Assembly: GCA_965208575.1 (NCBI GenBank)
Contig: CBDBOV010000003.1
Location: 96,001 to 160,000, forward strand
From: Spirochaetia bacterium
Lineage (GTDB): Bacteria; Spirochaetota; Spirochaetia; SZUA-6; Bin103
DNA length: 64,000 nucleotides
Direction of reading: 5' to 3'
Part shown: piece after piece, positions 20,593-30,709 of the stretch
Numbering within the stretch: position 1 is the stretch's first letter
Layout of the letters: each line of letters opens with the position of its first letter
Notes under the pieces: model-generated
Databases searched by the model: none
What the model was told of the DNA's origin: nothing
The model's input: only the letters and a program-made list of their open reading frames with translations
Translations under genes and position numbers: made by a program

Positions 20593-20632
20593 AAGGGGCG
20601 CTGGGATCCTCGCCGGTCCCGGCGCCCTTTTT
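20593..20632 (+). terminator. Stem-loop plus U-tract after SBP
   Basis: AGGGGCGCTGGGAT...GTCCCGGCGCCCTTTTT. Confidence 0.65.
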
Positions 20633-20643
20633 GAAAGGACGAC

Positions 20644-21603
20644 ATGAGAGCGTATATCATCCGCCGCGTTCTGCTTCTCATACCCACCTTCCTGCTGCTG
20701 TCGATCCTGGTGTTCCTGTCCCTGCGTTTCCTCCCGGGCGACGCCATAGATGCGTTGGCGGCGCAAATGGCGAGTTTCATGGACCCCGATATAGACCGTG
20801 AAAAGCTGGAGCGGATGTTGGGACTGGACCGGCCGATCTACGTGCAGTATGGACGCTGGCTGGGGGGTATCTTCCTGCACGGCACGCTGGGCGATTCCCT
20901 GCTGGGCGCCTGGCGGGTCGAGGAGAAGATACTCGCCAGATTACCGGCAACCGTCCAACTGGGAGTGATGGCGATCGTGATCGGTCTGCTGATCGGGCTG
21001 CCGGTCGGCATCTACTCGGCGATGCGCCGCAATACGGCCGCCGACTACGTCGGTCGGTCGGTCGCCATCATCGGCCTGGCGACCCCCAACTTCTGGCTGG
21101 CGACCCTGATCCTGACCTTTCCCGCCATCTGGTGGGCGTGGTCGCCACCGTTGACGCTGGTGCCGTTCCGCGACGATCCGCTGGGCAGCATCGGCGTGTT
21201 CATCGTGCCGAGCCTGATTCTGGGCACCTACCTGGCCGCGGCCACGATGCGGATGACGCGCACCATGATGCTGGAGGTACTCCGGCAGGACTACGTCAGG
21301 ACCGCCTGGTCCAAGGGTCTGCAGGAGCGGGTCGTGATCGTCAGACACGCGATCAAGAATGCCCTGATCCCGGTCGTGACGCTGATCGGCTTGCAAATGC
21401 CGATCCTGATCGGCGGCTCGGTGATCATGGAGAGCATCTTCAGTCTGCCGGGGCTCGGCCGCCTCATGCTGGACGCGCTCAACGACCGCGACTACCCGGT
21501 GGTCTCCGGCGTAAACCTGACGTTCGCCGCCTCGGTAATGGCAATCAACCTGGTGGTCGACCTGATCTATGCCGTTCTGGATCCGCGGGTCGGGTACCGC
21601 TGA
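20644..21603 (+). CDS. DppB/OppB-type permease (cluster 3)
   Basis: Same motifs as 10134. Confidence 0.95.
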   Translation: MRAYIIRRVLLLIPTFLLLSILVFLSLRFLPGDAIDALAAQMASFMDPDIDREKLERMLGLDRPIYVQYGRWLGGIFLHGTLGDSLLGAWRVEEKILARLPATVQLGVMAIVIGLLIGLPVGIYSAMRRNTAADYVGRSVAIIGLATPNFWLATLILTFPAIWWAWSPPLTLVPFRDDPLGSIGVFIVPSLILGTYLAAATMRMTRTMMLEVLRQDYVRTAWSKGLQERVVIVRHAIKNALIPVVTLIGLQMPILIGGSVIMESIFSLPGLGRLMLDALNDRDYPVVSGVNLTFAASVMAINLVVDLIYAVLDPRVGYR

Positions 21604-22535
21604 TGGCACTGATGGGTGAGCGAGTGACGGAAGAACAAGCAGCCGAACGGGCAGCCGCCGCGTCGCCGAAGCGAGCGGAGCGACGGTTGTTCCTGGGCGG
21701 GTTGCCGCGACGATTCATCAAGGAGCAGCCGCTGGGTGCGTTCGGCGGCGCGGTGCTGCTGGCGCTGGTACTGGTCAGCATCTTCGCACCGTACCTGGCG
21801 GGGCACGATCCCAACCAGATGACGCTGGCCGACCGGCTGCAGGGTCCGTCGGGCGAGTATCTCCTGGGCACCGATCAGCTCGGGCGCGACTTCCTGAGCC
21901 GCCTGATCTACGGGGCGCGCATCTCGTTGTTCGTCGGCTTGGCGGCGACCACGTTGCACGTGGTGGTTGCGGTGCTGATCGGCGGCAGCGCGGGGTTCAT
22001 CGGCGGCAAGCTGGACCTGTTGGTGCAGCGGTTCGTCGATGCCTGGATGTCGTTCCCGGGCCTGCTGCTGTTGCTCACCATCATGTCGATCGCCGGGCAG
22101 GGGCTGCTGCAGGTGATCGTGATTCTGGGGGTGTCGTCCGGCATCACCAACTCGCGGGTGGTGCGCGGCGCGGTGATCGGCATCAAGGAGAACGACTACT
22201 TCCAGGCGGCGCAGGCCATTGGCGAGCGCACTTTCGGGACCCTGCTGCGGCACGTGCTGCCCAACATCATGGCGCCGATCATCGTGATCTTCTCGATCAC
22301 CATCGGCGGCATCATCGTGGCGGAGGCTTCCTTGAGCTTCTTGGGGTTCGGTCTGCCGCCCGGGGTGCCGAGCTGGGGCGGGATGCTGAGCCGGGAGGGC
22401 CGCCAGTACATGGAGATGGCGCCGCGGCTGGCGATCTGGCCGGGCCTGTGCCTGACCATCGTCGTGTACAGCATCAACATGTTCGGCGACGCCCTGCGCG
22501 ACCTGCTCGACCCCCGCCTGCGCGGCAGCGTCTGA
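21603..22535 (+). CDS. DppC/OppC-type permease (cluster 3)
   Basis: ATG overlaps the upstream TGA; LGTDQLGRD; NMFGDALRDLLDPRLRGSV. Confidence 0.95.
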   Translation: MALMGERVTEEQAAERAAAASPKRAERRLFLGGLPRRFIKEQPLGAFGGAVLLALVLVSIFAPYLAGHDPNQMTLADRLQGPSGEYLLGTDQLGRDFLSRLIYGARISLFVGLAATTLHVVVAVLIGGSAGFIGGKLDLLVQRFVDAWMSFPGLLLLLTIMSIAGQGLLQVIVILGVSSGITNSRVVRGAVIGIKENDYFQAAQAIGERTFGTLLRHVLPNIMAPIIVIFSITIGGIIVAEASLSFLGFGLPPGVPSWGGMLSREGRQYMEMAPRLAIWPGLCLTIVVYSINMFGDALRDLLDPRLRGSV

Positions 22536-22552
22536 CCGTCGCCGCTGCTTCG

Positions 22553-23074
22553 CTACAGAGCGATGACCTCGCCGGGGCGCATATCGGGCTTCAGATCCCA
22601 ATACCACGAACCGTCGGCCAGCTCCACGCGGCGTGAGCCAAGTTCGCGCAGCCGCAGCCGCAGGCTCGCCAGCTTGCGCGCCAGTACGTGGCGCGGATCA
22701 AACAGAATGATGCCGTGGTCGCAGATGTCCAGCATGAGCCAGGGGGTATCGGCCAGCTCCGTCTCGGTACGGAACACCGCGTACGGCTCGGTCGGAATCT
22801 TGCGCGCCTACAACTCACCTACGAGCGGATGGTCCCGCAACTGCAGCGCGATCTGCAGGAATGCCTCGAACACGGCAGCACGCGGGCCGCGATGGACCAC
22901 GAACAGGTCCACGTCGCTCGCCGCCTGTGCCTGTCCGCGGGCCACCGAGCCATAGAGGGCTACCGCCGACAAGCGATCCCTGAGCCGGTCGCGCACCCTG
23001 GCCAGGTACAGGTCCAGAAGCGGCTTCAGTTCGAGGTACCCCTGACCCCGATGCTGCTGGCGGAGCGACGACAC
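22553..23074 (-). pseudogene. Minimal nucleotidyltransferase (MNT) with in-frame TAG at 22808-22810
   Basis: LYGSVARG...SDVDL; the two track ORFs are in one frame; paralog 34951 has CAG at this codon. Confidence 0.85.
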
Positions 23075-23218
23075 GTCGCAATCAGAATACCACGAACCAG
23101 GCGGCGATGGGGATCCGGTACCTGCAACTACCGCGGGCCGGCAGCAACGTCGCCTTCAAGGGCACTGGCTTTCAGCGCGGCCCGGTTGAACTTGGGAGAC
23201 GGGGCAGGTACTGTCGGG

Positions 23219-23289
23219 CGCGGACGCGCATACGCGAGCGGAAGGCGGCGGCCGAGTCGCCGCTTGGCTGCCGGGCTGACCTGATGAGG
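23219..23289 (+). pseudogene. 3' tip of the sterol desaturase gene (copy of ~2797-2865)
   Basis: RTRIRERKAAAESPLG versus QTRIRARKAAAESPLG. Confidence 0.8.
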
Positions 23290-23322
23290 CCCTGAAGAAG
23301 CGGCTCGGGCTCGACGGAAAGG

Positions 23323-24441
23323 TCACTTCAACGCCAGCTCGATGGCGCCACACTCCAGCAGCGAGTCACCCGTGGCCCGGAGCGTGTCCAGCACGGGATG
23401 AGTCTTCAGCCCCAGTTCGCGAATGGCCTTGGTGCACTTGGCGTGCCAGAAGTCCGGCGTGTCCGGCGTCTGCCAGTCGCCGCCCACCGCGACGTCGGGA
23501 TACAGCCCGCTGAGCGCATCGCGCATCTGCCGCGCGGTGAGCTCCCCGGACTCGTCGGTGGCGCCCAGGATGTAGCGGGATCCATTGGTGGCGACGCTGC
23601 TGGTTGCCATCAGGCGCTGCGCCTGGCCGATGTCGCGCACGTCGATCACGTTCCACAGGAAGCCGGGCGCCGCGCCCTCCAGCGACGCGATGGCCGGCCC
23701 GAAGCCGAGGCCGATCCAGTTCCCGGCGGCGTCTTGCCCGCTTTGCCCGGACAGCGCCTGGCCGATCTTCTTCTGCCACACGTTGTTCTGCGTCCTGTTG
23801 AGCACCGGACCGAGCACGTGGCTGGGCATGTTGGAGACCACGTCGATGCCGGTCTCCTCGCCCCAGGCGTAGCCATACTTCTCGGCATCCACCTTGCCCT
23901 TGGCGTAGGAGGCCTTCTCGACGTTCCACAGGTGCGCGGCGGTGCCGTGGCCACCCCAGTCCTGCTCGGTGAACTCGTAGCCGCTGGGGTCGGCTCCACC
24001 CCGCCAGCCGCTCCACACCGCCGCGCACGACGAGGTGTACACCACCCGCTTCACGCTGCCTGCCTTGCGGCACGACTCCAGCACGCCCCTGGTGCCGTCC
24101 ATGATGGCGTCGTAGGTGCGTTGCGCGCTGCCTTCTCCGTAGGCGGCATCGGTATGCAGGTCGGCGGCGACGTGAAACACCGCCGAGCAGCCGGCACACA
24201 CCTCGTCGTAGGCGCCGCCGGTGGCCTGCAGCAGGTCGGCCGCGAAGATCTCGACGCTGCCCGCGCCGAGGTGGTTCATGGCCAGCAGGAAGTCGGTCTT
24301 GTCCCGGCGGCTGGCGTCGCGCACGCTGGCGCGTACCGCGTAGCCCGCCTCGACCAGGTTCTTGACGACGTGCGATCCGATGTAGCCGGAGGCGCCGGTA
24401 ACGGCGACCGGCCCGTCGGTGGGTCCAGTGACAGGTGGCAT
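23323..24441 (-). CDS. NAD-dependent epimerase/dehydratase (dihydroflavonol-reductase-like)
   Basis: VTGASGYIG, HVA, YTSS, YAKGK, IDVRD. Confidence 0.9.
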   Translation of the reverse strand: MPPVTGPTDGPVAVTGASGYIGSHVVKNLVEAGYAVRASVRDASRRDKTDFLLAMNHLGAGSVEIFAADLLQATGGAYDEVCAGCSAVFHVAADLHTDAAYGEGSAQRTYDAIMDGTRGVLESCRKAGSVKRVVYTSSCAAVWSGWRGGADPSGYEFTEQDWGGHGTAAHLWNVEKASYAKGKVDAEKYGYAWGEETGIDVVSNMPSHVLGPVLNRTQNNVWQKKIGQALSGQSGQDAAGNWIGLGFGPAIASLEGAAPGFLWNVIDVRDIGQAQRLMATSSVATNGSRYILGATDESGELTARQMRDALSGLYPDVAVGGDWQTPDTPDFWHAKCTKAIRELGLKTHPVLDTLRATGDSLLECGAIELALK

Positions 24442-24465
24442 GGGTGGATGGTGTGCCTTGGGTGA

Positions 24466-24534
24466 GCGCCAAAGTCAAGCGGCGTCTCCGGCGCGGGCGA
24501 CACAGGAGATGGCGCCGTGGCCAATCTGATCAAT
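24466..24534. repeat. Bulged-hairpin repeat (also 15603-15672, 5310-5372, 34179-34229; halves at ~4543 and ~5778)
   Basis: GCGGCGTCTCC...GGAGA(T/C)GGCGCCG self-complementary core recurs. Confidence 0.7.
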
Positions 24535-24621
24535 ATGATCGATGGTGGATGTCGAATCCAAATCACACTCTCTTTCGACGTACCATAATATCGATACTCT
24601 ATAGAGGGAGTGAACGTAGAT

Positions 24622-25950
24622 ATGGATATTCCGTACACTGAACGTCACGGTGAGCGTGTTCTCGAACGGTTCATTGTGGACCGCGTGCCGCACAAGCCGG
24701 TGCTCCTCGTGGAGGGCGCTCGCCAAGTGGGGAAGACGACTCTCGTGGAGCATGTCCTGGCGGGCTCGGCCAAGCCAACCGTCCGGATCAACCTGGAGCG
24801 TGACTCGCTGGATCGCATGGCGTTCGACGAATGCCGAGACTTCGCCGCGTTCCAGGACCTGCTGCTCGACCGCCACCGGTTTCGCCCGAACGCCGGCCAG
24901 GTCCTGTTCATCGACGAAGCGCAGGAGAGCCGCAGGCTCGGCGGGTTCGTGCGCTTCATGAAGGAAGAGTGGCCGCGCGCCACGGTAATTCTCTCGGGTT
25001 CGACGCTGAGGCGCCTGTTTCGCCCGCACACTCGCTACCCGGTGGGCCGCGTTCGCCGCCTGGTGCTGGGCCCGTTTTCCTTCTCCGAGTTCCTGCGGGC
25101 GGTGGGGCAGAGCCACCTGGCCGACCAGGTCCTCGGTGACGACACGCAGATCAGCGACCAGCGGCACGACCATCTGCTTGCCCGGTTCGACCAGTTTATC
25201 GCAGTGGGCGGGCTGCCCGCGGTAGTGCAGGCATACGTGGCGGGCGAGGACCACGCCCTGGTGCGCCGCCAGATCGCGGCCGACTACGAGCAGGACTTCA
25301 TACGGCTGTTCGGTGAGGAGAGCGTCGACATCGCCACCGCGTGCCTGCGCAGCGTCGCCAATTTCGTGGGCGGCGTGTCCAAGAACACCTCGGTGGTGCC
25401 GGCACCGGGTAGCCGCGTGAACGCCAGGATCAACGAGGTGTTCGCGCGCCTGGAGAGCTGGCACCTGGTCCTGCGCTCCGATCAACGGGGGTCGAGTACA
25501 TACGCCAGTCATGCCTACCTGCCCAAGCGCTACCTGTTCGACACCGGTGTGCTGCGCGAGCTGCGCGAGTCGGCCGTGCCGGCCATCAGCGCGGTGCACA
25601 CGATGGCGGCGGCCGCGCGCACTCCGCTCGGCGCAATCATCGAGAACCAGGCCGCAATCGAGCTGGCGCGCGGCGGGCGGCCGCTGGCCGGCTGGAAACG
25701 CTCTCCGGCGGGGTCGGAGATCGACTTCATCGGCAAGACCGGTACGGCGGCGGTCCCGGTCGAGTGCAAGGCGAGCCTGTCCGTGAACCTCCGGCACATG
25801 CGCGGCCTGATTGCCTATCTGCGCGCTCATGGCCAGCAGCGCGGGTACATCGCGAGCCTGGCGCCCTACGGGGAAACCGGCGTGGACGGCGCAAAGATCG
25901 TGAACCTGCCCGCCTATCTCCTGGAGCGGCTTGCGCGGGGAGTGCCGTGA
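24622..25950 (+). CDS. AAA_14 ATPase with DUF4143 / nuclease-like C-terminus
   Basis: GARQVGKT, FIDEAQ, SGS, GGLP, KRYLFDTG, EIDF...VECK. Confidence 0.9.
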   Translation: MDIPYTERHGERVLERFIVDRVPHKPVLLVEGARQVGKTTLVEHVLAGSAKPTVRINLERDSLDRMAFDECRDFAAFQDLLLDRHRFRPNAGQVLFIDEAQESRRLGGFVRFMKEEWPRATVILSGSTLRRLFRPHTRYPVGRVRRLVLGPFSFSEFLRAVGQSHLADQVLGDDTQISDQRHDHLLARFDQFIAVGGLPAVVQAYVAGEDHALVRRQIAADYEQDFIRLFGEESVDIATACLRSVANFVGGVSKNTSVVPAPGSRVNARINEVFARLESWHLVLRSDQRGSSTYASHAYLPKRYLFDTGVLRELRESAVPAISAVHTMAAAARTPLGAIIENQAAIELARGGRPLAGWKRSPAGSEIDFIGKTGTAAVPVECKASLSVNLRHMRGLIAYLRAHGQQRGYIASLAPYGETGVDGAKIVNLPAYLLERLARGVP

Positions 25951-26119
25951 GGGTTCTACCGCACCACAGCGCACTTTCGGGCGGCGGGCCGGGTCGGCGT
26001 GGCATCAGCGCCGTCGGCGGAGTTGCCGCCGACCGAAGAGCAGCTTCCCGGTGGGCCGCGCACCCGCCTGGTGCCGGGTCCGTTTTCCTTGCTGGCCTCG
26101 GTGCTCTCTGGCGCGAACC

Positions 26120-26680
26120 TCATTGACGGCATTGACGGAAGTTGACGGGTAGTCGCGCGCGTGCAACACTGTCGATGGTGGGATTACGAGCACATGGGCC
26201 CAACGGCGAGAGATCCCTTGCAGCGCGGTTGCCGGTTGAAGATCACGCGACCGGTGCGCTTCCCCCGCCACGGGCGACAGCACCTGACTATCCATTCATC
26301 CGAGAAATAACTACCAACCGCCGCGGCCAACCGGGCGGCGTTCGCCGCACCTGCGTGTACGCCCGTCCGGCCCTGCGACAGCACTCCGTCCAATTCCAGG
26401 TCATTCCGTCAACTACCGGGATCGCCGCCACCCTTGCGCGTGCCTCGCGGCCGCGCGCTCGGCGTCGAGTACCGGAATTCCGCGCAACGGGGAGGTGCAA
26501 GCTGATACTCAAAGAACTGCACCATGCGCGCGGCCCGCGAGAGTTCACGACGCTCATGCCGCGCGCGTGACCACCTGAGGTTGCCCTCTCGGCTTGGCCG
26601 CCTGCGTTGCGGGCGCGAGAGTGGGCAGGGAACGGCAACTCGCACCGGAAGCACTCTCACAAACTCACATATGGGAGAGA
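26120..26680 (+). promoter_or_regulatory. Long non-coding leader of cluster 4 (leader A plus leader B)
   Basis: 26120-26400 resembles 9357-9640; 26491-26690 resembles 18622-18780. Confidence 0.6.
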
Positions 26681-26685
26681 TCAGT

Positions 26686-28494
26686 ATGAATCTTCCAAGA
26701 ATTGTACACGCCTTCGTGGTTGTGCTCGTGTTCGCCCTGACCGCGACCGGCGTCTGGGCCAGCGGCGAGAGCGACCAGCCGGCCGCGGCGGCCGAGAAGG
26801 AAATGGTGCTCGACCCCCGAACCGGGGAGATGGTGGAGGCGCCACGATATGGCGGGACATTGACCTATGCCACCGTCATGCCCGAGACGGGGGCCGCCGA
26901 CGAGGCGTTGAACGGTCGGTCCGGTCTCTTGCTCGTCCAAGGCGTGCTCGAGAAACCATCGATAGCGAACTGGGCTCTGCCTGCAGACGAATGGGGCAGG
27001 AGGATGGTCAGCTCCGACACCCCGCTCTGGAGTCTCACGGGATCGCTGGCGGAGAGCTGGGAAACACCCGACGACACGACCATCGTTCTCAACATCCGCC
27101 AGGGCGTTCACTGGCATGACAAGCCGCCGATGAACGGCCGGGAGCTGACTGCCGATGACATCGCATACAACTATCACCGCTATCTCGGTCTGGGCAGCGG
27201 CTTCACGGAGGCTGCCCCGGGAGCGGGCCCGCTGGGCGCAGTGGGAGTCGAATCGGTAACGGCCACCGACCAATGGACGGTCGTGATCGAGCTGGAGCGG
27301 CCCAACCCTGTCGCGCTGTTTACGCTCCTCCAGTGGTACACGTTCGACATCCATCCCCCGGAGGTGATCGAGGAACACGGCAACATCAACGACTGGAGGA
27401 ACCTGGTCGGCACGGGGCCGTTCATGCTGACCGACTATGTCGAAGGATCGTCCGTCACCTGGCTCAAGAATCCCAACTACTGGGGCTTCGACGAAAAGTA
27501 CCCGGACAACCGGTTGCCCTACATTGACGAGCTGGTAGCGCTGATCATGCGAGAAGAGGCCACCCGCACGGCGGCACTGCGCTCCGGCAAGCTCGACTAC
27601 AGGGGGTATGCCGGGGAAGCCCAATTGAGGACCATAGACTTGGCGGAAAGTCTCGCCAAGAGCAACCCCGAAATAACGCAGTGGCCGTACTATGTGCGGT
27701 CGGAGTTCGCTTTCGGGTTCAACACCAGCAACCCGCCGTTCGACGACATCAGGGTGCGCAAGGCACTGCAGATGGCGCTGGACATGGAGACGATCAACGA
27801 AACCTACCTCGGAGGGAGGGGAGATATCACGCCTCATGGGAAGGTCGGAACAGCTCAGAAGGGGCTCTTCGTCCCGTTCGAGGAGTGGCCGGACGAGGTG
27901 AAGAAGGGCCACAGGTACGATCCCGAAGGTGCCGAGAAGCTCCTCGATGAGGCCGGCTACCCGCGCGGCGCCGACGGCACGAGATTCAAGACCTCCGTTG
28001 TCCTTCACGCAAATACTGTTCTCAGCTACTATGAATTGGCGGCTGCATACTGGAGCGAGCTTGGCATTGATCTGGAGATTCAGGTGCTGTCTACAGGGGC
28101 CGAGTTCGGCGCGGTCCTACGTGAAGGCAGATTCGAAGCTCTTATAGGCACGATTTCGGGCGCCAACTACTTCAATGAGAATCATGCAACGGGATGGCGT
28201 TCAGGCACTTCAGGTAACGCCGCGGTCGTCAGCGATCCTCACATGGACGCCTTGATTGATGCCCTGAAGGCGAGCACGAGTCTCGACGAGTACCACGGGT
28301 GGTTCCGCGAGATAGATATGTACGCGGTGGAGCAACATTGGAATATCTGGGGTCCCGTTTCCCCGATGTATCATGTCAGCCAGCCGTGGTTGAAGGGGTA
28401 TAACGGCGAAGCGACCATGGGGAATTGGCAAATGAGCGACCTGTACGCCCGTGTCTGGATTGACCAGGAGCTGAGGGCAGAACTGGTAAATTAG
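26686..28494 (+). CDS. Family-5 ABC substrate-binding protein (cluster 4)
   Basis: Signal peptide, PRYGG, LAESWE, GTGPF, PFDDIRVR, WIDQEL. Confidence 0.95.
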   Translation: MNLPRIVHAFVVVLVFALTATGVWASGESDQPAAAAEKEMVLDPRTGEMVEAPRYGGTLTYATVMPETGAADEALNGRSGLLLVQGVLEKPSIANWALPADEWGRRMVSSDTPLWSLTGSLAESWETPDDTTIVLNIRQGVHWHDKPPMNGRELTADDIAYNYHRYLGLGSGFTEAAPGAGPLGAVGVESVTATDQWTVVIELERPNPVALFTLLQWYTFDIHPPEVIEEHGNINDWRNLVGTGPFMLTDYVEGSSVTWLKNPNYWGFDEKYPDNRLPYIDELVALIMREEATRTAALRSGKLDYRGYAGEAQLRTIDLAESLAKSNPEITQWPYYVRSEFAFGFNTSNPPFDDIRVRKALQMALDMETINETYLGGRGDITPHGKVGTAQKGLFVPFEEWPDEVKKGHRYDPEGAEKLLDEAGYPRGADGTRFKTSVVLHANTVLSYYELAAAYWSELGIDLEIQVLSTGAEFGAVLREGRFEALIGTISGANYFNENHATGWRSGTSGNAAVVSDPHMDALIDALKASTSLDEYHGWFREIDMYAVEQHWNIWGPVSPMYHVSQPWLKGYNGEATMGNWQMSDLYARVWIDQELRAELVN

Positions 28495-28577
28495 TACTGG
28501 TAAATTAGTGCCCGCTGAGACTGGGGGGCTCAGGCCCCCCGGTTTTCCTCTACCCGTTGGAACTGACGTGATGTGAC

Positions 28578-29537
28578 ATGAGAGCCTACATCATCCGCCG
28601 GCTCCTGCTGATGATTCCGACCCTGTTCATAGTGACCATCGTGACGTTTCTCTCGGTGCGCTTCATTCCCGGCGATGCAATAGACGCAATGACGGTTCAA
28701 CTGGAAATGATGGGGTTTGTGCCGGACCGTGAAGCTCTCGTGAAACAGCTTGGATTGGACGTGCCGATCCACGTGCAGTATGGACGCTGGATCGGAGGTA
28801 TCCTGTTGCGCGGCACGCTTGGAAATTCACTCTGGGGGACCGATGTTTCGATAGAGCAGAGAATATCGGCCAGATTGCCGGTGACCATCGAGCTGGGTGT
28901 TCTGGCAATCCTGATCGGGCTGGTGATCGCCGTGCCGGTCGGCATCTACTCGGCGGTGCGCCGTAATTCGGCCGCCGACTACGTGGGGCGCGCCGCCGCC
29001 GTCATCGGCCTGGCAACGCCCAACTTCTGGCTGGCCCTGATGGTGATTATTTACCCGGCACTCTGGTGGGGCTGGTCGCCGCCGATGCGGCTGGTCTCTT
29101 TCACCCAAGACCCGCTCGGCAATCTCGCGGTGTTCATCGTTCCGAGCCTGATTCTGGGCACGGCTCTTGCTGCCGGCACCATGCGGCTGACGCGTACCAT
29201 GATGCTGGAGGTGCTGAGGCAGGACTATATCAGGACGGCGTGGTCCAAGGGCCTCAAGGAGCGATTCGTCATCATGAGACACGCCATCAAGAACGCCCTG
29301 ATCCCGGTGGTTACCCTGATCGGCCTGCAGTTGCCTATCCTGGTTGGTGGCTCCGTTATCATGGAGAACATCTTCAACCTGCCCGGATTGGGTCGCCTCA
29401 TGGTGTTGGCGCTCGAAGAGAGAGACTACCCGGTGGTGTCCGGGGTAAACCTGTTTTTCGCAACCGCGGTGGTGTGCTTCAATTTGATGATAGACCTGAT
29501 TTATCCTCTGTTCGACCCCCGGGTCCGCTATGCGTGA
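28578..29537 (+). CDS. DppB/OppB-type permease (cluster 4)
   Basis: Same motifs as 10134. Confidence 0.95.
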   Translation: MRAYIIRRLLLMIPTLFIVTIVTFLSVRFIPGDAIDAMTVQLEMMGFVPDREALVKQLGLDVPIHVQYGRWIGGILLRGTLGNSLWGTDVSIEQRISARLPVTIELGVLAILIGLVIAVPVGIYSAVRRNSAADYVGRAAAVIGLATPNFWLALMVIIYPALWWGWSPPMRLVSFTQDPLGNLAVFIVPSLILGTALAAGTMRLTRTMMLEVLRQDYIRTAWSKGLKERFVIMRHAIKNALIPVVTLIGLQLPILVGGSVIMENIFNLPGLGRLMVLALEERDYPVVSGVNLFFATAVVCFNLMIDLIYPLFDPRVRYA

Positions 29538-30402
29538 AGCGACCAGGAGGCGTACCGCGCTGGCTGATTTCTTTGCCAGGATGGTCAGGGAGCAGCCTCT
29601 CGGTGTCGGCTGCGGTATTGTCGTATTGCTATTGATTCTCGTGGCTATATTTGCCGATGTTCTGGCCCCCTATGGCTTCCTTGAAGTGCACCTCAGGGAC
29701 AGACTGCAGGGCTCATCGGCCCAGTATCCGCTGGGCACCGACCAGTTGGGTCGGGACTTGTTGAGCCGGGTCATCTACGGGGCCCGGCTGTCGATAGCGG
29801 TCGGTCTGGCGGCCACCAGTATCAATGTCGTGGTGGCGCTCCTGATCGGCGGCACGTCCGGATTCCTCGGCGGCAAGTTCGACCTGGCCGTGCAGAGATT
29901 CGTCGATGCCTGGATGGCGTTCCCGGGATTGTTGATCCTGTTGACGATAATGTCGCTGGTCGGGCGCGGCGTAACGCAGATAATAGTCGTCCTGGGCATA
30001 GCCGGCGGCATCGGCGGCTCGCGAGTGGTGCGAGGCGCGGTCGTCGGCATAAAGGAGAATCTCTACTTTCAGGCCGCGGCGGCGATTGGCGCCTCGAAAT
30101 GGCGAGCGTTCGTGCGCCATGTTCTGCCCAATATCATGCCTGTCGCAATCATCATATTCAGCATCAACATCGGCGGGGTGATGATATCCGAGGCGTCTCT
30201 GAGCTTCCTCGGGTTTGGACTGCCTCCCACCGTTCCAAGCTGGGGAGGCTTGCTCAGCCGGGAAGGACGCGAGTACATGGAGCGGGCGCCGTGGCTGGCC
30301 GCCTGGCCAGGGCTCTGCCTGACCATCACCGTGTTCAGTCTGAACATGTTCGGCGACGCGCTGCGCGACCTGCTCGACCCCCGCCTGCGCGGCAGCGTCT
30401 GA
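29530..30402 (+). CDS. DppC/OppC-type permease (cluster 4)
   Basis: LGTDQLGRD; NMFGDALRDLLDPRLRGSV. Confidence 0.95.
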   Translation: MREATRRRTALADFFARMVREQPLGVGCGIVVLLLILVAIFADVLAPYGFLEVHLRDRLQGSSAQYPLGTDQLGRDLLSRVIYGARLSIAVGLAATSINVVVALLIGGTSGFLGGKFDLAVQRFVDAWMAFPGLLILLTIMSLVGRGVTQIIVVLGIAGGIGGSRVVRGAVVGIKENLYFQAAAAIGASKWRAFVRHVLPNIMPVAIIIFSINIGGVMISEASLSFLGFGLPPTVPSWGGLLSREGREYMERAPWLAAWPGLCLTITVFSLNMFGDALRDLLDPRLRGSV

Positions 30403-30410
30403 CCGCCGCT

Positions 30411-30666
30411 GTCGGCGGCGAGGTGAAACACCGCCGAGCAGCCGGCACACACCTCGTCGTAGGCGCCGCCGGTGGCCTGCAGCAGGTCGGACGCGAAGAT
30501 CTCGACGCTGCCCGCGCCGAGGTCGTTCATGGCCAGCAGGTACGCGGTCTTGTCCCGGCGGCTTGGCGTCGCGCCTGCTGGCGCGCACCGCGCAGCCCGC
30601 CTCGACCAGGTTCTTGACGACGTGCGATCCGATGTAGCCGGAGGCGCCGGTAACGGGGACCGGCCC
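30411..30666 (-). pseudogene. Epimerase 5' fragment
   Basis: Matches ~24160-24415; shares the extra T (GGCTTGGCG) with the 5472 copy. Confidence 0.85.
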
Positions 30667-30709
30667 GCGGGCGGCCAACTCCGCACGCGGCCACGGCGTG
30701 GAGGCGGCG

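Noticed and set aside
22808-22810. Amber readthrough (pyrrolysine) in the MNT gene
   Set aside because: Paralogs have CAG/CGG at this codon; a single C>T nonsense change explains it and no pyl genes are present.
5472-24470. Diversity-generating retroelement (epimerase copies as template/variable repeat)
   Set aside because: Differences include G and T changes and an insertion, not only adenines; no reverse transcriptase in the window.
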